63,994 bases of DNA, filler included, from Octopus bimaculoides (GCF_001194135.2; 8 parts of 8 records of this genome joined end to end with filler, not necessarily neighbours in it), one strand, 5' to 3'; positions 11,845 through 24,595 are shown, numbered from the whole stretch's first letter. The notes: generated by a model not told the origin, from the sequence alone. A program made the numbers and translations.

Positions 11845-12060
11845 ATTATTCAGTTTTATTTCAAGGTTTCTTGCCAATAGAGAAAGAGCCGGTTTCTAAC
11901 CCAGATCCAAGGCTCCTTCATTGAACATTTAACCACAGCAACAGTGTATTTGTGCATATTTGTATGTCATTCAGTTTTATATCAAGATTTCTTGCCAATG
12001 GAGAAAGAGCCAGTGTCTAGATCCAAGGCTCCTTCATTGGAAATTCAACATCAACAAAAG
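11845..12060. repeat. Two tandem ~100-bp copies of a repeat module
   Basis: ATTCAGTTTTAT.TCAAG.TTTCTTGCCAAT.GAGAAAGAGCC.GT.TCTA...GATCCAAGGCTCCTTCATTG at ~11848 and ~11969. Confidence 0.7.
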
Positions 12061-13046
12061 GATATTTTTGTATATATGCGTGTATGTATGTATGTATGTA
12101 TGTATGTATGCATGTATGTATGTATGCATGCATGTATGTATGTATGTATGTATGTATGTATGTATGTATGTATGTATGAAAGCATGCATGCATGCGTGCA
12201 TGTGTGTGTGTATGTATGTATGTATGTAAAACAAAGACAACCAAGAATCGAGAATAGTGGAGAAAAGTCGTCATTGGCCTCTGCTGGAAACAGCTGTAGT
12301 TCAACTTTTCGACAATAAAGAAATATGTAATGGCAATTGTTTATGCCTTGTCTGATACATATATATATATATTATTTCTATTTTTATTTTATGTTGAGAT
12401 GGTGTACAAGGGCATAAGCGACATCGTGTCACTTATGACATATCTCCCACACACCTTTTATTTGTTCATTTTATTCTTTATTTACGTCTACCCCTGTAAC
12501 GTTCTTAACTTGCCCTTGGTTTAAATTTAACTGACCAATTGTAGAGATGGCTGGGCTTTGGTCATTTCCATTACGGACAACAGTTGGTTGGTCTCTAGAA
12601 TATTTCAATANNNNNNNNNNNNNNNNNNNNNNNNNNNNNNNNNNNNNNNNNNNNTTAATTAATTAANNNNNNNNNNNNNNNNNNNNNNNNNNNNNNNNNN
12701 NNNNNNNNNNTATATATGCATATATATATGCATACATATACATAAATATATGTAGTTGTAATAATGATATCAAATCAAACAGTGATCAAAACATCACTTT
12801 TTGTTTTGACATCACTATTAGAAATTAATACCACTGGATGCCAGTGCAAACAATTCGGTTTTGACTCCATTTATGCAGATACTCGAACAACGACGTGGAA
12901 TAGTTTGTTATATTTGACTCGTGTCGAAAATACTCGCACAGTTTACCACTTTAATAGAGAAAAAAATGTGTGTGTGTGTATTTCTCAAAACATTTTCTTG
13001 AATTATCTTACGTGGACTGAAGCATAGCAAAATCAGTTGTGAAGTC

Positions 13047-13212
13047 GGGCACACATGATTGCAGAGTTAATAAGTTCGCTTTTGTAATTTCGTAGTTTCG
13101 AGTTCAATCCCACTGCGCAGCAACTTGGGTAGGTGTCTTCTAATATAGGACCGGGCCGACTGTTGCTTTGTGAGTGGATTTAGCAGAAGGAAACTGTGCG
13201 AAAGCTGGTTGT
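13047..13212 (+). mobile_element. SINE family A head, diverged
   Basis: GAGTTCAATCCCACTGCGCAGCAACTTGGGTAGGTGTCTTCTAATATAGG...GTGAGTGGATTTAG..GGAAACTG followed by (TATG)n. Confidence 0.7.
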
Positions 13213-13243
13213 ATGTATGTTTTTATGCATGCATGTATGTATG

Positions 13244-13276
<33 letters not shown>

Positions 13277-13739
13277 ATATGCATGTTTGTATGTATGTAT
13301 GCATGTATGTTTGTATGTATGTATGTTTCATATCATGTCACAGTTTGGTATATATAAATTATGTAGCAGAGTTTTAATCAATGTGTGCACACGACGTACT
13401 TTGCGAGACTACCAAAAAGCTCTCATTTTTTTTTCTTTTTATCCACAAGGGACCAACAAAGAGGGGATGATGCAGGACATTATGCTGGGCCAAAAGAGAA
13501 AAAAATCGAATGAGTAAATGTATGATTAATAAATAAAAAGATGAAATGATGGTCACACGTGCCCCACGACTCAGGCAACATCATTGTGCATTTTTGGAAA
13601 ACTAACATAAATTATCAGTTTCTCTTTTTCACTTTACTTGAAGTCACCTTAGTTTTTTTTTTGTTCTTATTTTTTTTTTTTTGTTTGTTTGTTTCTGTCA
13701 AATGTTCATGTGTATTCTTGTTTGTAAAGTCTTTTAATT

Positions 13740-14300
13740 TTTGTTTTTGTTTTTGGCTGGGTGGGGGAAGAGCGAATAATTTTCTTTTTCTCTTCCTCCC
13801 AGCCACCTGCCATTCACTGTCACTTACCTTTGTAGAAGTCAATAGTGCTACTTCTATCGTGACTGTCTCTCCATCGACCGTCTGCTCCTGCTGCTTCTCC
13901 TTCCGGTCCGTAGTCGTTGAAGTAGACTCTGTGTCTTTCTCTGTCTCCACCGTCACCTCCTCCTGCTTCTCCTCCTCTTCTTTTCTCTACTGCTGCATAT
14001 TGGCCTCCGTCGAGCTTTCTCCCTGTGTTTCTGTTTGTAGGCCCTGGGTGCACATTTTTCTTATGTGTCCCTTTGGCCCACACCCGAAGCACTTTGGTAC
14101 GCTGCCCTGAACAGCGATCTTTACTCTTGTATCGTCCGGAAGATTAACGAACTCCGTATGCTATCAATAACTGCTACGTGGCATGAATAATGCCTCTGCC
14201 ACACCAGTTCTGGGTACTTTTACTTCCAACTACAATAATGTCATCTCTAATTTTATGTTGACGAAGGCCACCGCTAGGGTCCATCTAGGTTTGATTTCGG
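13740..14300 (-). mobile_element. L1/Tx1-like ORF1 (gag-like) fragment with CCHC zinc knuckle
   Basis: Minus frame IAVQGSVPK-CFGCGPKGHIRKMC (C-x2-C-x4-H-x4-C) at ~14050-14095, preceded by RLRPEIKPRW and followed, with a frameshift, by an acidic T/E-rich linker and EWQVAGRKRKRK. Confidence 0.7.
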
Positions 14301-16254
14301 GTCGAAGCCGTTTATCATTATTAAAACATTTTTGAAACAAAGGTAATCCCAAAAGGGAAAATTTGCAACAATATCAACGGCAATTGAACAATAAACTTCA
14401 GATAGTAGCAGACCGTAACACGAAGCGAACACACCGCACTGGACTGCCAAAACGCTCTCTCTTCCTACAACCGACCTCAACCCTTTATTACAGTTCGGCT
14501 AGTCCATGCTCCAATCTGACAGAGGTGTCAATAGCTCTTGCCACAATATATGTATGTTTGCATGTATGTATGCATGTATGTATGCATGTATGTTTGCTTG
14601 TATGTATGCTTGCATGTATGTATGTATGTATGTATGTATGTATGTATGTATGCGTTTTTGTTTATCACCCTACCACATGAAAACTGGTGTTACTTTGCTT
14701 ACCTTCCTGTAACTTAGAGAGTGCTGTAACTGACTGAAGGTCTGTAAAAATTCACATAAAACCATTTGAATGGTTAATTTCATTATGGTTACTGTGAATA
14801 TATTATTTATCATAATACTTCCCTGATTATGTTTCTTTTAAAACATGTATCATTGAAACATTGATATGTGCAACTATGACTGTAATGGTTAAAATGTTTG
14901 CTTCGCAATCATGTGAGATTTGCAGCTCGATCCTACAGTATGACATCGTAGTTTTCCATCATTGCTTGGAGATGACTTATAAAGGGAGCGAATGGTAGTT
15001 CTTAAACCGATAATTCATATAGATAGATATTTATGTGTGTATTATGTATATACGTATTTATGCAGTAGGTAGCTATATGAACATAGGTATTATGTGAATT
15101 TTATGAACAGTTTTGCATGAGTACATTTAATAAACATACTTTCAGATCCGCTGTGTAAAGTATAGGTAGCACTCCGTAAGAGATCTAGTAGTTTGGACTG
15201 GCTATAAACGTCGTATCAAAACTATCTGTTCAAGTTTGACATGTGAGTAAGAAGCATTACTGCGTAAAATACAATGAATTACAGGCATCAATTTTATTCA
15301 TTTGTATTCGATATTCGATGGTGGTGATGATTAAATAATTAAAGTTCTGAAATAGCGTATGCATTGGCAAAATGGAAAAAATTTCAGTTATATGGTTGGT
15401 GGTTATACTTTCAGGACCGCTGAGTAACTAAATCCCGGGAATGAAACACATGGCTCTTCTTGCAGAACGAACCATAGAGCGGCTTAACTAATTTCGTTTG
15501 GTTATTGCAATGTTATCCCGGGAAGAATTCCCAGCGGATAGTTAGGAAGAGACTGGAGAACAGAAAATCTCCAGATTAACACACTACACCTCGTAAGATG
15601 GAACATACGGTACTGAATAATGCCATTCTTCTTGCGTACCAGTCTCTCCAAAATGAATTACAGCAAATTGTAGAGAAAAAGCAATAATGCATTTCACATA
15701 ATTACAAGTTACACAGAATACCAAATATCCATCAGCTATATATTGAAACTAAAATACTTAAAATATAAGATGATTTGGACCGGCGAATAGTGGTTGCAAT
15801 TTCAGTTTTTAAAAAGAAACCGTTAGTGTACATACGTAATGGCTTGGATAGCTACATAACTGCCATAGTTACCGATCAAAGATATCAAAAGGTAATGCTA
15901 TGTTTATACATACATATATAACAATATACATATATAGACATACGCACACACCCATATACACACGCACACAAACGCACACACACAACACACAGAAGCACAC
16001 ATGCACACGCATACACACCTAAATGCACTCATATATTTATTGTTGTTTAATTTGACAGACTGCTGATCAGTCAGTGATTTTATCAAGGGTATTCCATCCG
16101 TGACGATCCAATCTTGTGTTCAGACATAGTTCGTTCTGGATTAAATGATCCAGTTTTTCCTTTTTAAAGGAAGTAGTAGGTGTATGAAGAGAGATTTAGT
16201 CATTATTTCTAGCCTGTCGAATGAACACAATGAGACTTTCTCGTGAAAATATTT

Positions 16255-16295
<41 letters not shown>

Positions 16296-16386
16296 TGTGT
16301 GTGTNNNNNNNNNNNNNNNNNNNNNNNNNNNNNNNNNNNNNNNNNNNNNNNNNNNNNNNNNNNNNNNNNNNNNNNNNNNNNNNNNN

Positions 16387-16443
<57 letters not shown>

Positions 16444-18801
16444 ATGCGTGTATGTGCGTAATTTAAGTTAAAACATTAACGCGAACTGAATTATTGCAAG
16501 AAATGTTTAAAGAATGTGCTCATGGATTAAGTTAAAGCAAAAAAATGGGTTCACCACACACCACAAGGACCTCAATATTAGATCACTCAATATCGAAGTT
16601 AAAACTGACCTGTGATATAAGACCAATACGCGCATAATAAACAGTGTATTTAATTAAAGGAAACTAAAAGAAAAGTTGAAATTTATTAAGACGACATTTC
16701 GACTGTAATTTCAAAACTAATTATTTAAATTATGTGTTAAGGATGTGATAATAATTAAGAAAGTCGATCATATTAAGTCAGTGGATAAATGTAATGATAA
16801 AAATAATGCGTGGGAGTAAAATTTCATAGAGAATGATGTCACTGATGGAAACCAAGTTTTGGTTGAACGTATTCCTAAACGTGGAGGTGTGCAAGAAGGA
16901 AGGAGTCTTTACAGAATGTTATATATTTTTTTTTTTGAATTAAAGATTGAGTGTTTGTTTCATCACATAACCAAATTCTGTGTAACAGAAATTTCATAAG
17001 GTTTCTTATTCTTGGGATAAGATTTTTCTATTTTAAATTGTTAGCTGTAAACTTACTTTTCAGTTGCCAATTGTGACTGGCCACAGCTGCGTTTGTGGGA
17101 AGAATGATTAAGTAGGGGTTATTCTCATATGTCCTTTCGAAGTATTCATGGGACTTTGTAAATTTTACTCTTAGCTGGGTCTGAAGTCTGGATCTGAGGC
17201 GTAGGTTTTGGATTAATAAAATTGCATATAAATTTCCAATTGTATCTGTCATACCCCTTCGTATATGCAATCAAAATGGTGAAGCAATTAGAGACAATCA
17301 TAGACATTGATATGTTCTTCAGGGATGCAAATGTCATACATACTGAATGACTCTCACCCATTTAATACAAACAAATTTGATACTGAGTAAACCAGCTGAG
17401 TAAACCTGCCTGAACTGTCACATCCGATGCTCTTCATAATATCCATTTGATTGAAGTAGCCTAGGGAAATGCTGTGTAAATAAATACTTTGAATCGATTT
17501 GTATTTTCAAAACTTAATTTTAGTGAACAATTACATAGGATGCTAGGTGAATGTCTGCTTATTTTACCATAATTTTTCTCCAACAACAGTCATTCAACAG
17601 TGCAGTATCTGATTACTCAGAATTCCGTTGAAGAACGATTGGTAAGCTTTATATAACCATAGCGGTGCGAGTTGTAGACAAGAGCTATGTAATGTCAGCT
17701 ATCGATTCTCACTTTCAAAGGCCTCACATCATTCTCAAGATTAATGCCCTTGAGAGAAGCAGAGAGAGAGAAAAAAATGAGTATATCTTCCTGCCAACTC
17801 CACGCAATTAATCTCGAACCTCAAGCGTATGAAAACAGAAGAAAAATTTACAAATACTATTAGAGTAGTTATTGTTAGCAACGATTGTGTATGGTTTTCG
17901 TCAATAAGTCATTGCCAACATGAACTCCACATATTTGGTCGGTCACCTTTGACACGGCTGGTATTAACATTACATTTATCAGATATAACCTTCAGCTTTC
18001 TATCATCTAAGATTAGCAAGATGTATATTCGGATCAATAATGCAGATCAGCAACATCAATAATATTTTTCAATTATAAATTTAGCACAAATAACTTTGGG
18101 GGTCAACCGATATAGTCTGTCTTTCCTGGATCAATAATATATGAGTACGTAAAATTATACATACAAGCACACACAGGTACATTACTACGAAAATACACAC
18201 AAAAGCACGCACTCCAAGTACACTCAGGCATACACACACGAACACGCACACATACATACAGACTTACTAAAAGACATACACTCATATACATAGTAGTCGT
18301 ACATATATAACGTAGTGATTTGGAAACTTCGATTAAGAGGGATTCTTCATGCAATTTATAAACAAATTTTCCCTCTCGGCGTATGTAAAATCTAAAAGTT
18401 AATAAGAAAAACGGATAACTGCAACGAGAGAAATTCGTCGAAAGTTTTGAAAAATAATAGAAGGTAGTTAAGTACGGAAGCTAGATCTCACCTCCACTGT
18501 TTAACCTTCACCAAAAATGTCTGATTGTTTTAACTTTCAAATTCATTAGTTTATAATTGTTACCTGAATGATATCTGCTTAATCCAAATTTCTACCTCAT
18601 TATATTACATATCAATGATACATGACTCATGACTGCATTTGTATTTAGCGTGTGCATTGCTCTTCGGGGATACTTTCAACAGATATTGTAGATATATATA
18701 TAATTAACACCTACCTTTCCACTGCGTGTGTTTGTGAGTGTGTATGCGTGTGTGTGAGTGCGTGTGTGTGTATGCATGTTGTGCACGCGCGTACACACAC
18801 A

Positions 18802-18841
<40 letters not shown>

Positions 18842-19299
18842 TACACTCATAAACACATTATTTTCATTTTATCTTCACAACTAACTTGAATACTCTTCGC
18901 ATAAAATTTCTAGGGAAAATGAAAATTGGCAGCTGCTTTCAGCGGCTGGTTTTAAAGACAGATTTACTCCTACCTTCATCGTTATCATTGTAATATAAAA
19001 GGCTTGGTTTCAGTTAGCTCACATCACATCCTTAAGCCTACACTTTACTTGATGTCTATGTTTTAAACAAAACTTGATGTGTTTTTATTTTGTATTAAAT
19101 GCAAGTCTAAGTTAATTTAAAAGGTTTTAAATCATTATATTACATATTGCGTATATGAGATCTCAAATGCGTAAATTTAGAATACATATTTCTCCCCTGC
19201 ATATATCCCTTCCGACTATATTATAATATTCACAGTGAACATCATTATTTATGAACTTAAGCTTGCTGACGAAGCAGCATCGCGAGTCTAGTTTGCAAG

Positions 19300-19960
19300 A
19301 AATTGACGTCTACAAGCGTTATGTATCACAATACTTCTTTGCCATGATTCTTCTGAGCGAAATAATTCTGTTCCATGTTTAATGTGTACAGTAATGCAGC
19401 ACTTCTTATAGATAACTTTTCTTCGGCCACTTTGTAATAGCATGTTTCGGATTCGGTAGTTGACAATGCATTACAGAGCCTTTTACAGAATTCCGTTGAA
19501 GAACGATTGGTAAGCTTTATATAACCATAGCGGTGCGAGTTGTAGACAAGAGGTATGTAATGTATAGTTTTAAAGCATCCAGTCTTTCTCCACAACAGTA
19601 CAGTGGATTCTACATCATTTGAACAATATAGAAAACAGCCTGACAATGTTGTCAAAATTATGGTAGCATCCGTTTCAAATGCTACACAAGAATAGGACCC
19701 CCTTATCATGTGCGACTTGCAAAAAACATGTTTTAGCCTCAGCTGGCTCTGCACATTTAAATTTTCTCTAAAGGATATAAGGAAAGGAAAAGGTCCTTCA
19801 ATATTCAAACGGCCTCGAGCCGGAATCCTCCAAGAGCTACTACATAAACCAGCAGCACCTTTATATATTCCATCAAGACCAACTTCCTATTCCATTGGCA
19901 TATTGATTTTCCAAGTATCATAAGATTTAAAACCCTTTCCCAAATTACGTTAGTCATGGA
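19300..19960 (-). pseudogene. Putative decayed exon with WSC-like and C-type-lectin-like patterns (186-codon stop-free frame 19326-19886)
   Basis: WRKTGCFK...SSTEFCKRLC...ETCYYKVAEEKLS, then with frameshifts EVLHYCTH / KHGTELF; a candidate acceptor TTTGTGCGTGTAG lies near 19983. Pattern recognition only. Confidence 0.3.
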
Positions 19961-20104
19961 CTTGACCATTACAGACGGAACACCTACACGCACAAATACA
20001 AAGACACACTTACTTAACATGAGTGTATGTTATATATAACTTAAACATTAAGTTGTACATACATGTGTGTGAGTGTGTGCGTGTGTATATATATTTTTGT
20101 GCGC

Positions 20105-22086
20105 GTGCACTTCTCGGGAGTGGCCATGGGAACAAGAATGGAGCCCAACTATGCGAACCTGTTTGTTGGCTACGTTGAGGCTCAAATATTCTCTAGCTTC
20201 ACTGGTCCCACTCCCGAACTCTACGGCCGTTATATTGACGACTGTATCGGTGCGACCTCACTCTCCCGCGAACATCTAGACCACTTCATCTCTTTTGTCA
20301 AATCTTTCTATGCTGCACTCCACTTCTCCTGCACTATCTCTGACACCTCTGTCTCCTTTCTTGACATTTCAGTTAGCATTCATCACTCCACCCTCACCAC
20401 CTCCATCCACACAGGCTCACACACATGCCTCAACTTCTCCTTCCATCCTAAACACAACAAAATTTCCATCCCCTATTCCCAATTCCTCCGTCTACGCAGG
20501 CTCTGTATTGACGACCATGACTTTGAGACTCAGTCTCAATTCATGGCTCGCTNNNNNNNNNNNNNNNNNNNNNNNNNNNNNNNNNNNNNNNNNNNNNNNN
20601 NNNNNNNNNNNNNNNNNNNNNNNNNNNNNNNNNNNNNNNNNNNNNNNNNNNNNNNNNNNNNNNNNNNNNNNNNNNNNNNNNNNNNNNNNNNNNNNNNNNN
20701 NNNNNNNNNNNNNNNNNNNNNNNNNNNNNNNNNNNNNNNNNNNNNNNNNNNNNNNNNNNNNNNNNNNNNNNNNNNNNNNNNNNNNNNNNNNNNNNNNNNN
20801 NNNNNNNNNNNNNNNNNNNNNNNNNNNNNNNNNNNNNNNNNNNNNNNNNNNNNNNNNNNNNNNNNNNNNNNNNNNNNNNNNNNNNNNNNNNNNNNNNNNN
20901 NNNNNNNNNNNNNNNNNNNNNNNNNNNNNNNNNNNNNNNNNNNAATACCACCTCCCTCACCAGCACCCATCTTCGACGCTATCACATCACCGACTCCTTC
21001 ACCTGCACTTCTACCAATGTCATCTACTGCATCTCCCGCTCTCTCTGCCCTTCTCTATACATCGGACAAACGGAACGCCGCTTGGCTGACAGGTTCGCGG
21101 AACACCTCGGAGACATCCGACTCGGCAATGACACCCCGGTCTCGCGCCATTTCAGCTCTACCGGACAATCTTTGCAACACCTGTCCGTGTTCGGATTGTC
21201 CTTGCACAGGCGCCATCTGGATTCCCGTTTATGCCGTGAACGGGGATTAATCGTCTCTCTTCGCTCCTTTGCCACACCTGGGCTCAACTCTCCTCCCTTC
21301 TTCATCTAAGCTCCTTCCCTCTCATCTCTCCCCCTCAAGCCTACTTCCTCCCACCCACCTCTCTTGCTCTGACTCCTACTCTCCTTGTTTCTTCTCTTCA
21401 CACCCACCCACCTTCTCCCTTTCCCCCTTCATCGTCACCCCTCTCTCATAACCCCACCTCACTACACAATCCAACCCACCTTTCCTATCCAACTCATACC
21501 ACCCCACCCCTCACACCCACTCATACATAACCCACCTCTACCCCCACCATCAGCCTAACCCACGCCCCACCCTTGCTTTCCCCACTCTCACCTCCCCACC
21601 TCCCAACACCATCTCACCACACTATATACCACTACACCATACACCACCATACCACACAACACCACATCAGATCACACCACCACGCACACACAAGCACTGA
21701 CCACTTCCCAGCCCCACAACCCCACACCTACATATACATGCACGCATACATCAAGGTCACCAGCCTTCTTCCAGGCGCACATACATACTTTCTTATACAC
21801 ACGCACGCACACCTTCGTTTTGAGATTACCACTACTTTATTATCTCCCCTTCTTCCTAGCTCTCATGGGTGACCCCTCTGTCCCGCATTCGCTATATTAG
21901 TTCGCTAGCCACTACACATTCTTTATTTTCTCCCCCTGTTTCTTTGTGTGTTCCTTTCTGTGGAAGAGCGTAGGCTCGAAACGGTAAATACTTTTTCACT
22001 TCCCGAGCGTTAAATTATTAAATCTGTTTGTTGTCTACACCACCTGTCTCCGTCTTTTGTTTTTTGTGAATTACTTCCCTATATAN
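20105..22086 (+). mobile_element. Penelope-like retroelement: RT core, (gap), GIY-YIG endonuclease ending at 21309, C-rich 3' UTR and pLTR, ending at (TA)n
   Basis: GVAMGTRMEPNYANLFVG...YGRYIDDCIG (PLE RT motifs) and IPYSQFLRLRRLC; after the gap HITDSFTCTSTNVIYCISRSLCPSLYIGQTERRLADRFAEH...GLNSPPFFI*. Confidence 0.92.
21954..21991 (+). ncRNA. Minimal hammerhead-like motif with variant core in PLE pLTR
   Basis: CTTT-CTGTGGA-A-GAGC-GTAG-GCTC-GAAAC-GGT-AAATA: perfect 4-bp stem II, GAAAC, and core CUGUGGA instead of CUGANGA. HHRs in PLE pLTRs are established. Confidence 0.5.
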
Positions 22087-22910
22087 NNNNNNNNNNNNNN
22101 NNNNNNNNNNNNNNNNNNNNNNNNNNNNNNNNNNNNNNNNNNNNNNNNNNNNNNNNNNNNNNNNNNNNNNNNNNNNNNNNNNNNNNNNNNNNNNNNNNNN
22201 NNNNNNNNNNNNNNNNNNNNNNNNNNNNNNNNNNNNNNNNNNNNNNNNNNNNNNNNNNNNNNNNNNNNNNNNNNNNNNNNNNNNNNNNNNNNNNNNNNNN
22301 NNNNNNNNNNNNNNNNNNNNNNNNNNNNNNNNNNNNNNNNNNNNNNNNNNNNNNNNNNNNNNNNNNNNNNNNNNNNNNNNNNNNNNNNNNNNNNNNNNNN
22401 NNNNNNNNNNNNNNNNNNNNNNNNNNNNNNNNNNNNNNNNNNNNNNNNNNNNNNNNNNNNNNNNNNNNNNNNNNNNNNNNNNNNNNNNNNNNNNNNNNNN
22501 NNNNNNNNNNNNNNNNNNNNNNNNNNNNNNNNNNNNNNNNNNNNNNNNNNNNNNNNNNNNNNNNNNNNNNNNNNNNNNNNNNNNNNNNNNNNNNNNNNNN
22601 NNNNNNNNNNNNNNNNNNNNNNNNNNNNNNNNNNNNNNNNNNNNNNNNNNNNNNNNNNNNNNNNNNNNNNNNNNNNNNNNNNNNNNNNNNNNNNNNNNNN
22701 NNNNNNNNNNNNNNNNNNNNNNNNNNNNNNNNNNNNNNNNNNNNNNNNNNNNNNNNNNNNNNNNNNNNNNNNNNNNNNNNNNNNNNNNNNNNNNNNNNNN
22801 NNNNNNNNNNNNNNNNNNNNNNNNNNNNNNNNNNNNNNNNNNNNNNNNNNNNNNNNNNNNNNNNNNNNNNNNNNNNNNNNNNNNNNNNNNNNNNNNNNNN
22901 NNNNNNNNNN

Positions 22911-22942
<32 letters not shown>

Positions 22943-23049
22943 GAATTGTACCCCTATATATATATTACACAAACACATACGCACACACAGACACACACAG
23001 ACACACACACACAAACACACATATATATATACTTATACACATACAAATG

Positions 23050-23290
23050 TTCTCGTGGTTAGGGTGTTGCGCTTACGATCTGGAGATCATGAGTTCGATT
23101 CCCGAGAGCTGGTTGCATTATTAAGCAAAACATCTCATTTCACGGGGCTGCAATTCACCCAGTTGTAAATTGGGTAAATCTACGACGGGCCAGATTCCAA
23201 TGAGGGGGAATGTCGACCTGGTCACCTATCCAACGGGGTGGCATCATTAGAAAGCTTAGACGACCTAAAGCGCATTTTGGACAGCGATCT
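23050..23290 (+). mobile_element. Diverged tRNA-derived SINE of a further family
   Basis: GTGGTTAGGGTGTTG (A-box-like) ... GAGTTCGATTCCCG (B box) ... TTAAGCAAAACATCTCATTTCACG...CACCCAGTTGTAAATTGGGTA. Confidence 0.55.
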
Positions 23291-23617
23291 ATATCAACAT
23301 CCGATAATCTGGCCGATCACGTGATACGTATGTATCTATTATGTATGCATGTGTATATGAATGTATGCATGCATATATCTATGTCTTATGTATGTAAGCT
23401 CGTACATCAGGAGCTTAATTTGCTGGTGAGAATTAATTTAATTTGAAATAATTACCTCTCCCAGTTTCAATTTACACACATAGCCCACCGTTTTTATAAC
23501 TTCCTCGCATCTCTCTTCATACACATATGTATATTTGCACGTCTCACCATAGAGATAGCGATAGCATAGAATATCTATATTTGATTGTGTGTATTTGTAC
23601 TTATATATTGATGAATA

Positions 23618-23733
23618 CAGGGGTTGGACAAAATAATAGACGCACCTATCATCATACAATCATAATTTTGAAATATCTATAAAACCGTCAAAAGTTTGTT
23701 TATTTCTATGTCCATTATTTTTTCCAACTCCTG
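23618..23733. mobile_element. 116-bp Tc1/mariner-type MITE
   Basis: TA|CAGGGGTTGGACAAAATAATAG ... CCATTATTTTTTCCAACTCCTG|TA: ~22-bp imperfect TIRs with CAG ends and a TA duplication. Confidence 0.75.
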
Positions 23734-23841
23734 TATATATANNNNNNNNNNNNNNNNNNNNNNNNNNNNNNNNNNNNNNNNNNNNTTAATTAATTAANNN
23801 NNNNNNNNNNNNNNNNNNNNNNNNNNNNNNNNNNNNNNNNN

Positions 23842-23884
<43 letters not shown>

Positions 23885-24595
23885 ATATATGTGTATATAT
23901 GTATATGAATGTATATATTTGTATGTATATACATAATTTGTTCTTATTTTATTTGAAATTTCACAAAAAATGTTTCTATCTTTAAATCTGTATTTTTATT
24001 TCACATGTTTGTTAGCAAACTAAATATAAGATTTGATAGTCTTTCGCATTCCATCATGTCCAGGTGTCTTGTTAATATTTAAAACCTTGGAATAATGTAA
24101 CTTTTTAAGTTGTAAATAATTCATCTTGGGGGAAAAATCATATCATCACGTTTAAACTATCAAACCTCATCCTTCTCTTCATATTCATGAAGATTGGCCA
24201 CTTTTGAAGAATTCAATATGCATGTTAAAATATTCTTTGGAACCATACTAACTATGACAAATTGGTTGCTTCTCCTTTCACTCGCTTTCAAAGAAGTATA
24301 ACTTGGTAAAGTTCTCTACATTGATTTTGTCTTGTATAGAAAGTATAGTGGCAACACATCTAGAGAAATTCTGATTTCGCTCAACCGAGGCATGAAGGGA
24401 GTCACTAAATGGTCACTTGATCTGTTAGAAAAATTATGTATATATATATATGTGTATATATATGTGCATATATGCATATATATATATATATGTGTGTGTA
24501 TATATATGTATGTATTCATATATATATATGTATATGTATATATATATATGTATGTGAATATATGGATATATATGTATATCATCATCACCATCAGC

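Noticed and set aside
19261-19317. GCTTG-CTGACGA...GAAA-TTGAC-GTC-TA-CAAGC as a hammerhead
   Set aside because: Stem I is offset by 2 nt from the cleavage site, stem III does not pair and stem II is poor; likely chance.
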